Shown: one piece after another, positions 25,116-38,884 of the stretch
Numbering within the stretch: the stretch's first letter is position 1
How the letters are laid out: each line of letters starts with the position of its first letter
Assembly: GCF_001194135.2 (NCBI RefSeq)
Contig: NC_068982.1
Coordinates: 152,801,993 to 152,865,992 of the forward strand
Length of the DNA stretch: 64,000 bases
From: Octopus bimaculoides
Lineage: Eukaryota
Direction: 5' to 3'
The notes under the pieces: model-generated
The model's database searches: none
What the model was told of the DNA's origin: nothing
The model's input: the letters and a program-made list of their open reading frames with translations, nothing else
Made by a program: the position numbers and the translations under genes

Positions 25116-25569
25116 TTAATACAAACGCGTCAATGGAGGTTTAAAAAGAGACAAAAATAAAACTATACAACATAACGTATGTGCATATATATGAAAAAGA
25201 AAGTAGTAAATGAAAATTTAATGAACACTTAATAGAAAAAGAAACTATTTGAAACATCTTAACAAATATTGTGCTCACTAACGGAAACAAAAATAACAAC
25301 ACTTGCAAAATGATAGATGGTAGTTAATGCGTTGATCAAAGGTGGTAAAGAAACCAAAAATCAAGTTTTGTCTCTCAGATTAAAAAACAGTGAAATCAAA
25401 AAGTATTCACAGGAAAAAAGAATCAATTCGAAGAACTGTGTAAAAGGAGACGCTGGCACTTTATCCTAAGAACTGATACGTAAGAGAGAGAGAGAGAGAT
25501 GGGTGGAAGAGAGGGGATCGGGTCGAAAAGAACAAATATCATATATGTGCTTTAACAACTGCTGTGAAC

Positions 25570-26250
25570 AGTTTACATCTAAACTGCAGGTGATATTATC
25601 TTGTTAGCGATTTGGGTGAGAGATACAAGCGAGAATAAATAGAAAGTTAACAAATCCCCTTTGACCGTAAACACCGACAGTAAACTAGGTGTAGTATAAT
25701 AATTCAACGGACAGGAGTCCAAAACCTGCGCGGTAGCTATCATTCCCGAGAGGGTGGTGTCCCCAAGTTCGCCAAAAGAAATATGTTTGCATTTGCTTAA
25801 ACTTTCGGATCTGTAATTAAGGAGCTCAGTGAAATTCATAGATCCAAAAGTACGTGCAATCTTTCAGCTACGCAAAAGATGCATTTTTAGATCCATTTAC
25901 GATTCTCCAGTTGATTGTATATGTAATCCAGTTGTCTTCGAATCCCATACGTGGCTAACCAAGTTGACAACGCATAGAAAAGAACAATGATAGTTTGCAT
26001 AAGGTCTTTTGAAATCACGTTCGCATAAACTGATGTAATTTTTCTTTTCAGTCAAGATATCTTGAAGTATTGCAGTGACTTCAGCATTATAGACTTTCCA
26101 TAAACATCAGAGTAAGTTAGCAGGCTTCAGTGTTTCGACACTAACAGCAAGGAATAGGATCTTGGGGATCTGACAATGATAGGTTTCTTCATATTGGGGC
26201 AGTAGTTGTATGATATTGTAATCGAGCGTCTATTAAAAATCGTTTATAGT
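25570..26250 (-). mobile_element. Highly decayed LINE RT relic
   Basis: DFKRPY (~DFKKAYD), YGIRRQLDYIYNQLENRK (~YGIRGKLL.WI.SYLENRK), GDTTLS (~QGD.LS) in RT order. Confidence 0.4.
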
Positions 26251-26359
26251 TTACTGGGGAATGCTTATCTAAACGAGAAAGGTATTTCTTCCTTCAATTA
26301 GTTTTAACTTTTGGGGAGAAAGAAGGGACAAACCGTACACTTTTCGTGAGTCTAATTTT

Positions 26360-26478
26360 AGGACTATAGCCCGAGGCTATAGTAGAAGACACTTGCCCAA
26401 GGTGCCATGCAGTGGGACTGAACCCGGGACCACGTAGTCGGTAAGCAAGCTACTTAACACACAGCCACTCCTGTGCCT
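26360..26478 (-). mobile_element. SINE family B tRNA-like head with CORE-like motif
   Basis: Reverse complement gtggctgtgtgttaagtagcttgc..gggttcagtcccactgcatggcaccttgggcaagtg: A-box, B-box and accttgggcaagt. Confidence 0.8.
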
Positions 26479-26741
26479 AGCTACTGACAACATTGCCACT
26501 CTTGCACCTATATATAACCCTGAAATCCGGATACGTTCGTGCTGCTGGTCGAGGTGAGAGGGATAACTCCCTTGGCAAACAGGACACAGTCGTGTGTCGA
26601 TAAGCCAGCTGGAGGAGATGTCCTCCTGGGGCTAAAAGCAACAGTAACATCCACCCCTAGGGGTCAGCCACACTTAAGTGGCAATATACTACACTTTATC
26701 GTGCAGTTACTGTTAATACTTCATTTAGAGAATTAACATTG

Positions 26742-26786
<45 letters not shown>

Positions 26787-27273
26787 NNNNNNNNNNNNNN
26801 NNNNNNNNNNNNNNNNNNNNNNNNNNNNNNNNNNNNNNNNNNNNNNNNNNNNNNNNNNNNNNNNNNNNNNNNNNNNNNNNNNNNNNNNNNNNNNNNNNNN
26901 NNNNNNNNNNNNNNNNNNNNNNNNNNNNNNNNNNNNNNNNNNNNNNNNNNNNNNNNNNNNNNNNNNNNNNNNNNNNNNNNNNNNNNNNNNNNNNNNNNNN
27001 NNNNNNNNNNNNNNNNNNNNNNNNNNNNNNNNNNNNNNNCTATATATAACCCTGAAATCCGGATACGTTCGTGCTGCTGGTCGAGGTGAGAGGGATAACT
27101 CCCTTGGCAAACAGGACACAGTCGTGTGTCGATAAGCCAGCTGGAGGAGATGTCCTCCTGGGGCTAAAAGCAACAGTAACATCCACCCCTAGGGGTCAGC
27201 CACACTTAAGTGGCAATATACTACACTTTATCGTGCAGTTACTGTTAATACTTCATTTAGAGAATTAACATTG

Positions 27274-27320
<47 letters not shown>

Positions 27321-28190
27321 GTTATATACTATATATATATATTATATATACATGCATATATATATGTGTGTTTGTGTGTATGTGTCTCTGTGAGCGAGTG
27401 TGTGCGTGCACGCGCGTACATATATATATATATATATATATATACAGTCTTTATACAGAAGCTGCTCTTTATATTTAGCTGCTCTGCAGATCTGAATATA
27501 TTCTTAAATTAACACTTGAATAAAGGTGTCAGAATCATTAATTTGTGTGAAACAAATATAAGTTGCGATTGAAATGATTAACTGCGAATATGCATTAAAA
27601 TCTTTCATACATATAATGATGCATGACACCGGTCTAAAGAAGCCTATATATCTAGAACAAACAATATTTTCGTTACGTGGAAATAAAGAAAAAATGATTA
27701 TTAATCAGTCCCGTATTCTTCCTTGTCTTTTGATTCATTTATTTCATTTCGTAATATATTTTGTCTAGGTGACTATATTTACAATGAATACTTCACTTCA
27801 GATGTATTTTATCCTTTGTTATCTCTTTAAAGATATTTTATCTGGTTTTACATATACTTCCTTATGACGTTATCTCTTAAGAGAGTCGTTCACCCACGAG
27901 CGCCATATCTATTAGGAAAATATTGTATTATTCAGCTTAGCATTTTAAACTCCAACTCCGTATGCGCAAAGCCTACGCAATAGTTTTGAAACAAGGAAGT
28001 GCTGAAATTAATGTTTACCAATGTTCTCAGGCTATGTCAGCATTAGTTTTAGGGTTTGGCATAGTGCTGCGTAAATGAGAAGCTCAAATAGTCTTGAACG
28101 CTTGATAAGGAGGAAGTTGGGAAATTCATTGTGCCGAATGCTTTTACTACGTAGAGAGGAAAAGGTTTTTAAAGATTAAACTTTGAACGT

Positions 28191-28252
<62 letters not shown>

Positions 28253-29551
28253 CATCGTCATTAATCCTGACTAAGGGTGCCGAATTGCAAGAATTAATGG
28301 TTAAAATTTCTTGATATTATATGGAGCGCACAATATATATACACTGATTGGGAGATAACCGCCTCATAAGCAACTCAAGGATCACTAGACTAGACTAGAT
28401 TCGCCTATAAATCGTAGGCTCGTGAGCAGTGACACTCACTCGCCCTCTGGTTTGGCTAAAGCGGCCTGTCTGTATATATATTTACCGTATAAATTTATTT
28501 AGCCAAACCAGAAAAAGATATTTTATATGACTCATGCACACATATACATAGACTGACACATATACATATCCGCATACACATGCGCAAGCAGACACACATA
28601 CACACGCGCGAATAGACACACTCATATAAATATATGTATGTTTATGTGCGTGCGCGAGCGTTTGTATATATAAAACACATACGCATATACAGATGCATAG
28701 ATATATGTTTTAGTAGGCACAGACGGGTTTTGAACTGTCTCATATGTGATGGAACTTATAAGCTTATAGTTATGAAGATGAAGCATTTTTTATAAATAGA
28801 AGACAATATAAGGAGAAGATTGAGGGAGGAACAGCTATAGCACAAATGTCAGGATTCTTTGGCAGGAAACGTTACGCGGAGCATATAGTTGAATATTATG
28901 AAGTTGCATAATATTTTTAGAGTGTGGAGAACAAAAACATAATTTTTGAGTGAATAAATTTCAAAATAAATATAGCCGCCATTATATAGTTGCTTCATAA
29001 CTGATTGAAAAATTAAATGGAACGTTTTTAAAGGGTGTTGATTGGTTCTTAGAAGATTGAAAATCGTTAATTATTAGTGAGTCTGGGATTTGAAACTAAA
29101 TTTTGTTAGGTTAAATCATTCATGAAAATTCATAATTCAGAGCAACTTAGCTGGAGTGAAACCAAATTACACATACACAAACATACACACACACACAAAC
29201 ACATACACAAACACACACACACACACACACACACAATCCACACACACAAGCACGCACTCACACACACACGCATATACACTTCGCTCACACTCATTCACAA
29301 ACACACTCACCCACATACGCACACAACATCAGCTTATTCGTTGGCACAAATACAATTTAAAAGACTCAAGTCTGTTATAGCTAAGTAAATAAGAGATATT
29401 TTAACATCCAAAACTGCACATACACTGTTTGTTTTACTTTTCACCAGATACAATGTACCATAATAAGTAAAACGGACGATATATTTATGCCCTTTCACAT
29501 TAATATATATATTTGTACAGCTACTAGTGCGCACTCGTACATACAAACACA

Positions 29552-29617
<66 letters not shown>

Positions 29618-29993
29618 NNNNNNNNNNNNNNNNNNNNNNNNNNNNNNNNNNNNNNNNNNNNNNNNNNNNNNNNNNNNNNNNNNNNNNNNNNNNNNNNNNN
29701 NNNNNNNNNNNNNNNNNNNNNNNNNNNNNNNNNNNNNNNNNNNNNNNNNNNNNNNNNNNNNNNNNNNNNNNNNNNNNNNNNNNNNNNNNNNNNNNNNNNN
29801 NNNNNNNNNNNNNNNNNNNNNNNNNNNNNNNNNNNNNNNNNNNNNNNNNNNNNNNNNNNNNNNNNNNNNNNNNNNNNNNNNNNNNNNNNNNNNNNNNNNN
29901 NNNNNNNNNNNNNNNNNNNNNNNNNNNNNNNNNNNNNNNNNNNNNNNNNNNNNNNNNNNNNNNNNNNNNNNNNNNNNNNNNNNNNNNNNNNNN

Positions 29994-30032
<39 letters not shown>

Positions 30033-30047
30033 ATATATGCACAGATA

Positions 30048-30131
<84 letters not shown>

Positions 30132-31051
30132 TTGGTAACTGAAAGAATAGTTTGTTTACTAGACTTGTATCTCGGATTATTATTGCTTTTTTGGCAAGTC
30201 CATTGTTTTCGTGTGTATTGTTTCATGTAATAAAAACACTTTATTCGCTAGATACTTTTCAAACAATAAGCAGTTATCTATTACTTGTACTTGATAAGAG
30301 TGATAGTGATTCTCTAAAAAACATTGAATAAATGATGGGAGATTTAAATACTAAGGGTCATTAATATTTTTATTATTGTTTCTTTTGGAGTATTCTGAAT
30401 TTTATAAATTAATCCCTAAAACATTTGGATAACTTGGACTTTTTCGATACGCTTCGGATGATAGAGACAACTGACATTTTATATATTGCTTTCAATTTTG
30501 GAGTCCTAGAAATAAATTTATCTCTGCAGTCTTAATTTGTTATTTGATGTAAAGAGGATTTTCAAACAATTTTGTGAATAAATAAAATGAAGCATTCTAA
30601 CTTGATATCCAACGATTCTACGGCAAGTGTAGAATAGTTTTCTAAGTTTGGTTTGTGGTAATTTTGTTATTATATATATATTCATAAATATATAAGTGTG
30701 TACATACATATATGTGCATATATATTTGTAAGTATAGTGGATGTTTGACTATGTATTATATATAAGTATATGAATGCATATATATATGTATACACATATG
30801 TAGGAAGTTAGTAAGTTACAAGCATTTATGCGACTAGTACACATGACAAAAGGTAGATATTTCAAGCACAAAGATAAAAGGACCTGAAGATTTAGCTAAG
30901 CTGGTTTCATAGTTCTTACATCTCATGTAACTACTATGATTATACTATGAAACGGTCATAGACCGTGCTTTACTTGTTCCTGTTCCACTCCTTATTTGGG
31001 GAGATTTTCGTGTGTATATATATGTATATATATATATATGTATATATAAAA

Positions 31052-33202
31052 GTTGAAAATGCACTGAGAATAGTTAAAATATGTCATTATTGATATATTT
31101 AAAACTTTAACCGGTTTCACAGTCTGCACTGGTTTTCCTGAAGTTCAAATAGAAAGGCGTGGCTTATGTCGCAGCTGTCTTACTTCTGACTAGTCCTTAA
31201 ACAATGATACCACTACTGTATCTTTCCATGTGGTAAATCTCTATACCGCAATCCCACACCAATATGGTCTAGAAGCAATAAATTTCGGGCTTGAGATATT
31301 CTCTTATGAAATTCCAGACTGAAGGGTTAAAATATATCCTCGAAAACAACTTTTTTGACTTCGATGGCAATATTTACAAACAAATATCCGGGATTGCAAT
31401 GGTGACAAAAGTTGCTCCGACTTACGCCAATCTAGTCATCGCATATATTGAGGTCCAGATATATGAGCAATCTAAATCAATATATGGCTTGAACTTCCAT
31501 AAATATCTAGTAGAAAACTGGAAACGTTACTTAGATGACTGCCTAATCCTATGGACGCACATTTTTAAGAACTTATATAATTCAAAAATTTAATCAACAA
31601 CATAAACAATACTATCAACTTTACCATGGAATACATTAAAACTCAACTACCGTTCCTGGATATACTAGTCATCAAAAGAGATAAAACATTGAAACAGATA
31701 TTCACTACAAAAAAAAAAACAGATTCTCATCAATACTTATTGTTCTCCTCTGCTATCCCAAACATATGAAGAATGACATCCTCTTTAATCTAGCAAGAAA
31801 AATCTGCACAATTGTCTCAGACCCTGAAACGCGCAATAAAAGACTCCAAGAACTAAAACAAGTACTACTTAAAAAACAATATCCATTAATGCTAATAGAC
31901 AATGGAATAGAACTTGCCAGAGTAATTAATATCAAAGTACTACAGAAAACAAAAAGCACTCCAGATACATCCAATACTCTTTATTACAACACACATCCGA
32001 AAAAACACAGGGGTTTGCTATATTATCCACCAGAACATCGCATTACTAAAACAAGACCCAAGAATGAAACAAGCGTTCAAAATACACAAAACAATCAAAA
32101 GTAAACGGCAGTCAAAATCCCTTAAAAAATCGTCACATACGCTATATTATCTTTCACAATTCCTATACCAAGAGTCAAAAAGTGTGGCCGCCCCAATTAC
32201 AGACCTGCATGAACCTTATTGAAGACGTAACATACAAATTCAAATCAGGACAGATCTTTACCGTAAAAAAATCACTTTACATGTTTTTCAAAGAATCTAA
32301 TATACACTATGAAATGTCAAGGATGTAATAAAACTTACTCTAAGAAATAGACTGACTATTCACCGACAACAAATACGAGAGCCCAGTACTAGATAGATTC
32401 CACTGAGGGGACTCATAGACATATGTGCAAAAAGCTAAGTCCCCCAAACTCCAGGTCTTCCTACTCTATCTATGTTCAGCGAATGCCACAGATGAAGCAC
32501 AGATGAAGAAAGAAAATATTTTCATAAAAAGTACAAACCAAGGCATACCAAAGTTTAACAGAGTATATACACAAATAACTATTTACACTCAAAGTTCATT
32601 TTGCCACATATCATGAGAAAGCTACACAGTTGACAATCTAAGTTTTAGCCACTGGACTACATAAAAACAACTCCTGTCCACTCTCCCATCAAACAGATTA
32701 AATTTGGAGTGCCTTGATTATAACTAAACATGTTCACTCAATCGTGTCGGCCTTCTTTTTAGAACTAAAACATATTTTCATGTGACATTAACACACGAAC
32801 GTAGTGGGAAACGTGCAAAAAGTTATAAACTTAATCATGCGTTCATTTTCTGCAATCATCTGACAGAAAACATTCAGAGCAGTGATCGTTTGGACATGTT
32901 TAGTCCATCGTGTCAGCGTTAACTTACAACGCCAAATATTGTCACTTGATACTAAAACGGACTTAGGGGGAACCTACAAAGACTTCAATCAAATCCTATT
33001 CAAAACATATACTAATTTGAAACCATGAACTCCCTATAAAAATAGGGGAAGCTTCAAACACTAGTCAGAAGCAAGGCAGCTGCGGCATAAGCCACGTCTT
33101 TCTATTTGAACTTTATGAAAATGAGTGCAAACTGTTAAACCGGTTAAAGCTTTAAATATATCAATAAAGAAATATTTTAAATATTCTCCGTGCATTTCCA
33201 AC
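31052..33202 (+). mobile_element. 5'-truncated Penelope-like element (Neptune-like) with 143-bp inverted terminal arms
   Basis: VSFHVVNLYTAIPHQYGL..ILENNFFDFDGNIYKQISGIAMVTKVAPTYANL..WKRYLDDC..ARKICTIVSD..KKCGRPN..FTCFSKNLIYTMKCQGC (RT, Cys linker, GIY-YIG). 31052-31194 is the reverse complement of 33060-33202 with scattered mismatches. Confidence 0.9.
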
Positions 33203-33705
33203 TTCTATGTTTCTTATATTTCTACCCGTGTGGAACAAAATAACTTTGTTTTTTCTCTCTCTCTTTACTTTCTCGCTCTCTCTCTCTCTCTATCTCCCTC
33301 TCTCTCTCACACTGGACTAACAACCACCGAATTGGACCGCACTATATCGTACCAGAGATCCCGTCTTTACCAATAAGAAGGAACTTGTACTGTAACCGTT
33401 TGTACTTCAAGTCTCCATAACTATTCAACATTCTACCAAAGAGCCACAGAGATTTCCGAGGTGGAAATGGGGAGGTTTTCAGAGAATTCCAATACTCGGA
33501 ATACATATATACGAACAAATTCATGTGTATATATACATATGTGTGTACACACACACACACCCACACACACACACACACATATATATATATTCGCGATATG
33601 CTACTTCTGATGAAATCATCGTTGATTTACTTAATGCGTTATTGCTTATTGATTATTGGATCCTATGTAATGAGATATGAAAAATATTAATAACCTGTTT
33701 CATTT

Positions 33706-33744
<39 letters not shown>

Positions 33745-34212
33745 NNNNNNNNNNNNNNNNNNNNNNNNNNNNNNNNNNNNNNNNNNNNNNNNNNNNNNNN
33801 NNNNNNNNNNNNNNNNNNNNNNNNNNNNNNNNNNNNNNNNNNNNNNNNNNNNNNNNNNNNNNNNNNNNNNNNNNNNNNNNNNNNNNNNNNNNNNNNNNNN
33901 NNNNNNNNNNNNNNNNNNNNNNNNNNNNNNNNNNNNNNNNNNNNNNNNNNNNNNNNNNNNNNNNNNNNNNNNNNNNNNNNNNNNNNNNNNNNNNNNNNNN
34001 NNNNNNNNNNNNNNNNNNNNNNNNNNNNNNNNNNNNNNNNNNNNNNNNNNNNNNNNNNNNNNNNNNNNNAATGGAATATATTTTGTAAATTGTAATAGCA
34101 GCACCAATGTCTCTATATATGAAAATGAAATCAGGAATCTTTTGCCCGCATTACCTCTCGATCTTTTTCAGCCGTGTTAGTAGTTGAGTGCTGATACTTC
34201 CAAGTGCACTAA

Positions 34213-34269
34213 TTCTTCTTCTTCTTCTTCTTCTTCTTCTTCTTCTTCTTCTTCTTCTTCTTCTTCTTC

Positions 34270-34336
<67 letters not shown>

Positions 34337-34345
34337 CAGTAGTAG
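34213..34345. repeat. (CTT)n(AGT)n compound microsatellite
   Basis: Direct reading. Confidence 0.95.
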
Positions 34346-34359
34346 CAGTTTATTGAGTT

Positions 34360-35200
34360 CGTACATTTTGGTTCATGATTCTGGCAGCTTCCATGTTGTT
34401 AGCTATACTTAGTGTAACCGAGTTTAGCTGAATATATGTTGAATACCTTGTGGTAATCGTGCTACAGATGAAATCTCTTCGTTACGATGTAAAATAATGT
34501 TTTGGTAATGTTAGTTTTAACTAGCAACGAGCATGGGGGATTAAACCACATTATATTACATTTCCTACTCCTCGACCTTTACTTTTTTTTTGTTATATCC
34601 CCTGGATGGTTAACTGTAATATTGTCGATGCTTGTATTATCATTCTTAGTATTCCTGTGATCTATGTTTACATTGATATAATTTATAACCGTCAAATATT
34701 CAATTTTTGAGTTGGAAATCACTTTCCTATGCAGGTGGTATTGTCATTGGTATTGTGATTTTTTTCCATTATTGTTAATACTTCCTAAGACAGTTATGAG
34801 AATTGCTTTCTCTTTATTCTTTGCTTATTTTGTTTGTGTCCCTTCTGTGATTCTTCTTATCTTGCTTTTATGCATTATTCCTTTTATCGTGGATATCTTT
34901 GTTGATAAGGATTTTCAAATTAATGTTTTCTATGTATTTGATTTGTTCGTTTCAGCCGCTTCCACGTAAGGCTTCATCGTAATACCAAGCGTATTTAGTG
35001 AAGTTTTCCTTATTAGCTGACAAACTGGATAATCTGATTGACATGTCTTCGATTATTACATTGACCATTGGTCTTCGATGTAAAGTTAATTTATGCAGTT
35101 GAGATTTTCGTTACTTACATGATATGGGAGCGAAGTCTGGTCTTTAAGACGTGTATATTTTTAGAAATTCAATCTCTACTTTGTTATTTTAAAATTCGAT
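34360..35200 (-). mobile_element. Decayed Penelope-like element (RT thumb + linker)
   Basis: IRLSSLSANKENF..YYDEALRGSG..RKCNIMWFNPPCSLLVKTNITK..HKVFN: same lineage as 6720-7510. Confidence 0.75.
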
Positions 35201-36126
35201 AGAATAATTAAACTTTTAAAACAATTAATCAGTGACTTTATGCATATTTTATGTGTTATTACGACGTTAGCAGCTGACACGTTCATTGCTGCTAGCAGAG
35301 AGTCAACTTTATATAGAACTGTACCGAATTCTGAAAAACATACATTTCATTAAGGATGAATAACAAGTTCTCTGACCTGCAACGACTACGAAGAGCCCAT
35401 ATTGATATCGAAGTTATTATTGCAAGAATTTCTGGTCCAACAATCATCTTCAAACAAAATTTCAGAGTTGCGACTAGCTAGGATAATATTATCTCATTGT
35501 TGGTTATATTTGTCATTTTCTACTAAATGTTAATGCCTTGTTCAGTGGGACAGGGGAAATAGAAGAATAGCATTCTACAATATGAAAGTGAAAAAAAAGG
35601 CGGTATTTGTCGTATTATTCAAAATAATGTACCAACGGATTACTTCATATGTATTGTTCCACATGGTTTCCTTAAGACGTTTTTTGACATTAGGAATATT
35701 TCTCTTTATAATTTTCTTGCTAATCCGCCGAAATCATATGTGGTAAAGCTCATAATCCCGATGGATGGGTTAATGCTAAAATTAGTTTTGTGGTCTTTTA
35801 AGTTAAATTTATGAGTTTCCGATACGAATTATTCAGTTCGTTTTGCAAAGTTCAATTTGTTAATCAATTTTTATGCCTTGTCACTTATGCATTTTGAGGT
35901 ATTAGTATTGCTTTATCAATGTCATATACTTAATGCATGTGTGACATACCACCGCCTAAAAGCGTTTACTAACACACGTACAGTAGGTATGCGACATTGA
36001 TAATATTTACATTATAAAGATGCTCTTAAAATTTAAACTTAGACGCATGCGCGCGCACACATACACACACACAAATATAGGGAGAGACAAGGAGAGATAA
36101 GTAAACAGAGAGCTAATAGATAAATA

Positions 36127-37425
36127 TCAGGTCATCCCATAAGTTCTGACCGAATTTTGAATAAAGAAAACAAGTGATCAAATGTTATATTTAATTGAAA
36201 TTTAATCATCAATGTACTTTCCCTGATTATCTATGACTTCCTTCCATCTATTTACAAGCTTTTGAATCCCATCAGTGTAAAACTCTCTTGGTTTCAAAGC
36301 GAAGAACTCTGAAATGTCAGTTTCGTCCACTTCCTGTCTTGCGAAAGTTATGTCCCCCAAATGATTCTGTAAACTACAAAACAAATGGTAGTTTGAAAGA
36401 GCACGGTCGGGAGAATAAGGTGGATGAGGAATGTTTTCCCAACCAAGCTCTTCGATCTTCTGTGATGTGATCTTTGCAGTGTGGGGTCGCGCATTTTCCT
36501 GATGAAACATCACTCCTTTTCGATTCACTAAAGCGGTTTTTTTCTTCAAAGCTTGGTTCAAACACTCTAATTGCTGACAGTAGACTTGAGCATTGATTGT
36601 TGCATTAGGTGGTAACAATTGAAATTGAATTACTCCTTTACAATCCCACCAGATAGAGAGAAGAACCTTTTTCCCATGAAGTTCCCATCTCGGTTGTGGT
36701 TGAACTTTTTCCCCTTTTACCAAGCCACTATTTACGACGTTTTATATTTCGATAGAAGATCCATGTTTCGTCACCAGTCACAAGTCTACCCAAAAAGGGT
36801 GAAATGAGTTCGCAAGAATGAATAGAAGAGCAGATGTCAACTCGGGATTTGCGGTTGCTTTCGGACAATTCATGAGGCACCCATTTTCCCAGTTTAGGAA
36901 CCTTTCCAAGTTGTTGAAGATAACGATGAACAGCTGTATGGTTTGAACTAAGCTTTATAGCCAATTCTTCAACTGATAATGCAGGATTTTCTTCAAGTAA
37001 TGCCTCAAGAAGCATAGTATCAAACTCAACTGGACGGCCTGTTTGATCTTCATCTTCAAGGCTGAAATCTCCACTTCTGAATTTTGCAAACCATCTTCTG
37101 CAAGCCATCTTCTGCAAGTTCTTTCATTCAAGCATTCTTTCCCATAACCTGAGTGTAAGATTCGAGTCGCTTTGGCTGCAGAGTTACTTTTTTGTACTCA
37201 TAAAGCAGTTTGTGCCTCAAATGCTCTTTGTATACTGCCATGTTAGAAAGGGTTTTAATCAAAGACATTTGAAATCCGTTATTCTGTAAAGTAATATTTA
37301 ATTAGTTTAAATGCACACAAATGCATAAAAATAATTGTTAATTCAATTAGACATTCTAAAATAATATTACATTTCATTCAATTTAAAAAAAGGTAAAATC
37401 GAACAGAACTTATGGGATGACCTGA
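36127..37425 (-). mobile_element. Full-length (1299 bp) mariner DNA transposon, inactive
   Basis: TA|TCAGGTCATCCCATAAGTTCTGACCGAATTT ... AAATCGAACAGAACTTATGGGATGACCTGA|TA: ~30-bp TIRs, TA TSD and internal transposase. Confidence 0.96.
36202..37241 (-). pseudogene. Mariner (DD34D-type) transposase pseudogene
   Basis: MAVYKEHLRH..CRRWFAKF..GRP..WVPHEL..TGDETW..ENARPH..HPPYSPD..SNYHLF. Lesions: 14-bp tandem duplication ccatcttctgcaag (37091-37118), TAG at 36728-36730 plus a +1 frameshift, catalytic D to E and D to N. Confidence 0.93.
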
Positions 37426-37456
37426 TAGATAGATGCATAAATAGATAGATGGGTAA

Positions 37457-37509
<53 letters not shown>

Positions 37510-38599
37510 ACTATTGATTCGTTGATTATGGTAGCACCTACATTAGCATTTCCTTTACCTGCAAAGTTCGAGTGTGTGTATTTTATACTAGGACGAATGT
37601 TGTTTCAAATTGTTCAGAGAAACAAAAAACTTCCATTGCCGAGTGTTGTGAAATAAACGTTGAACAACATAATACTTAAATACTTCCAAGACTAATACAC
37701 TGAAAAGGAGCAATGCAACATCTTATTCATCAGTACAACTGCATTTGCATTATGCAGACTATCCTCTGTATCAATGATCTTACGATACACAATGCTGGCT
37801 GAAGAACACTTTTAAAATTATTGTTGAGACAAGTTTGCAAAGGTAAAAGTTGTAATAGTAAAAGAAATTATCTTCTAAATTCAGAATTAAATGTCTGAAT
37901 ATTTGTTCATAGAAAGTTTTCAACGTAAGTTAGGAAGCAATAATAATTCAGAAACAAATAATGTTTTGTCTCTACTAAAAAGCATTCAATTGTTAGCCAT
38001 GCTAATGATATTACAATTACTTGAGATTATTGGTCGCTCTATATTCATAGATGACAAGTAGAAGCAATCTATCCTCCAGTAGAAAATTTTCTTTATTTCA
38101 GAATAATGTTGTTTAATGGAATGATTCTGTGGTACTTGTCATATTGAATAGAAGGAACTTGCTGATGAATAATTAGTAGAATATTTTGTCTTTTTCGAAG
38201 AATTATAAGCTGTTATATTGGATCAGTTTCATAGAATTGCCAGCAGGATAAAAAAAAACATATTCCTTACAAAAATGAAGAAAATATGATTCATAATAGA
38301 AACTAGAATATTTCTGAATGCGACTCTTCTAGCAATAATAATAATATATTTATTATTTTAATGAAAAACCCGAACAAAATTTATAGTTTTCAGAGATAAC
38401 GTGCTTGACTCTTTAGCCGTTCTAATAACTTAGTGAAGTTTCTTTGAAAAAGGTTAATTACCTTGAAAGTAGATATCCAAAATTTATATATAGAAGAGCT
38501 GTCAAAACTTAATGACAATAAAAAAATTATAAATCTTATATGCTATCAACAATCAACTAAAACATCCCACCACATCATGAAAGGTTAGTAACTTGAAAT

Positions 38600-38860
38600 G
38601 AGCAAATGTATTAAAATTTCGAGAATTGTGGACAGAAAGCACGAAGAGCGAAAGCGAAATAGTGTTTGAATTAGCATGCTCAGCAAGAAGCACAGTGTTC
38701 AAAATATGCGGATCAATCTGACTAATGGTCCTAAAATACAGTAATTAGAGTAATTGAATAAAGCATGTTGATATATGGGTCTGAATACAAGGTAGCTTCT
38801 AATACCCAGGAACAAGTACAGGACATTTGATCCAGTTTCTATTACGTATCCTGGGTTGAG
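38600..38860 (-). mobile_element. Highly decayed LINE RT relic
   Basis: RSYLVFRP (~KSYLSNR) and CILGPLVRLIRI (~SILGPLLFLIYI). Confidence 0.33.
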
Positions 38861-38884
38861 CCAAAGTTATGATTGAAGGAAAAT

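Noticed and set aside
25579-25839. Minus-strand exon-like frame IRKFKQMQTYFFWRTWGHHPLGNDSYRA
   Set aside because: Sits inside a collinear LINE RT relic.
34945-34985. Hammerhead-like motif (acgatga-agcc..ggct-gaaac) on the minus strand
   Set aside because: The core is mismatched, there is no stem III, and the sequence is PLE coding (YYDEALRGSG).
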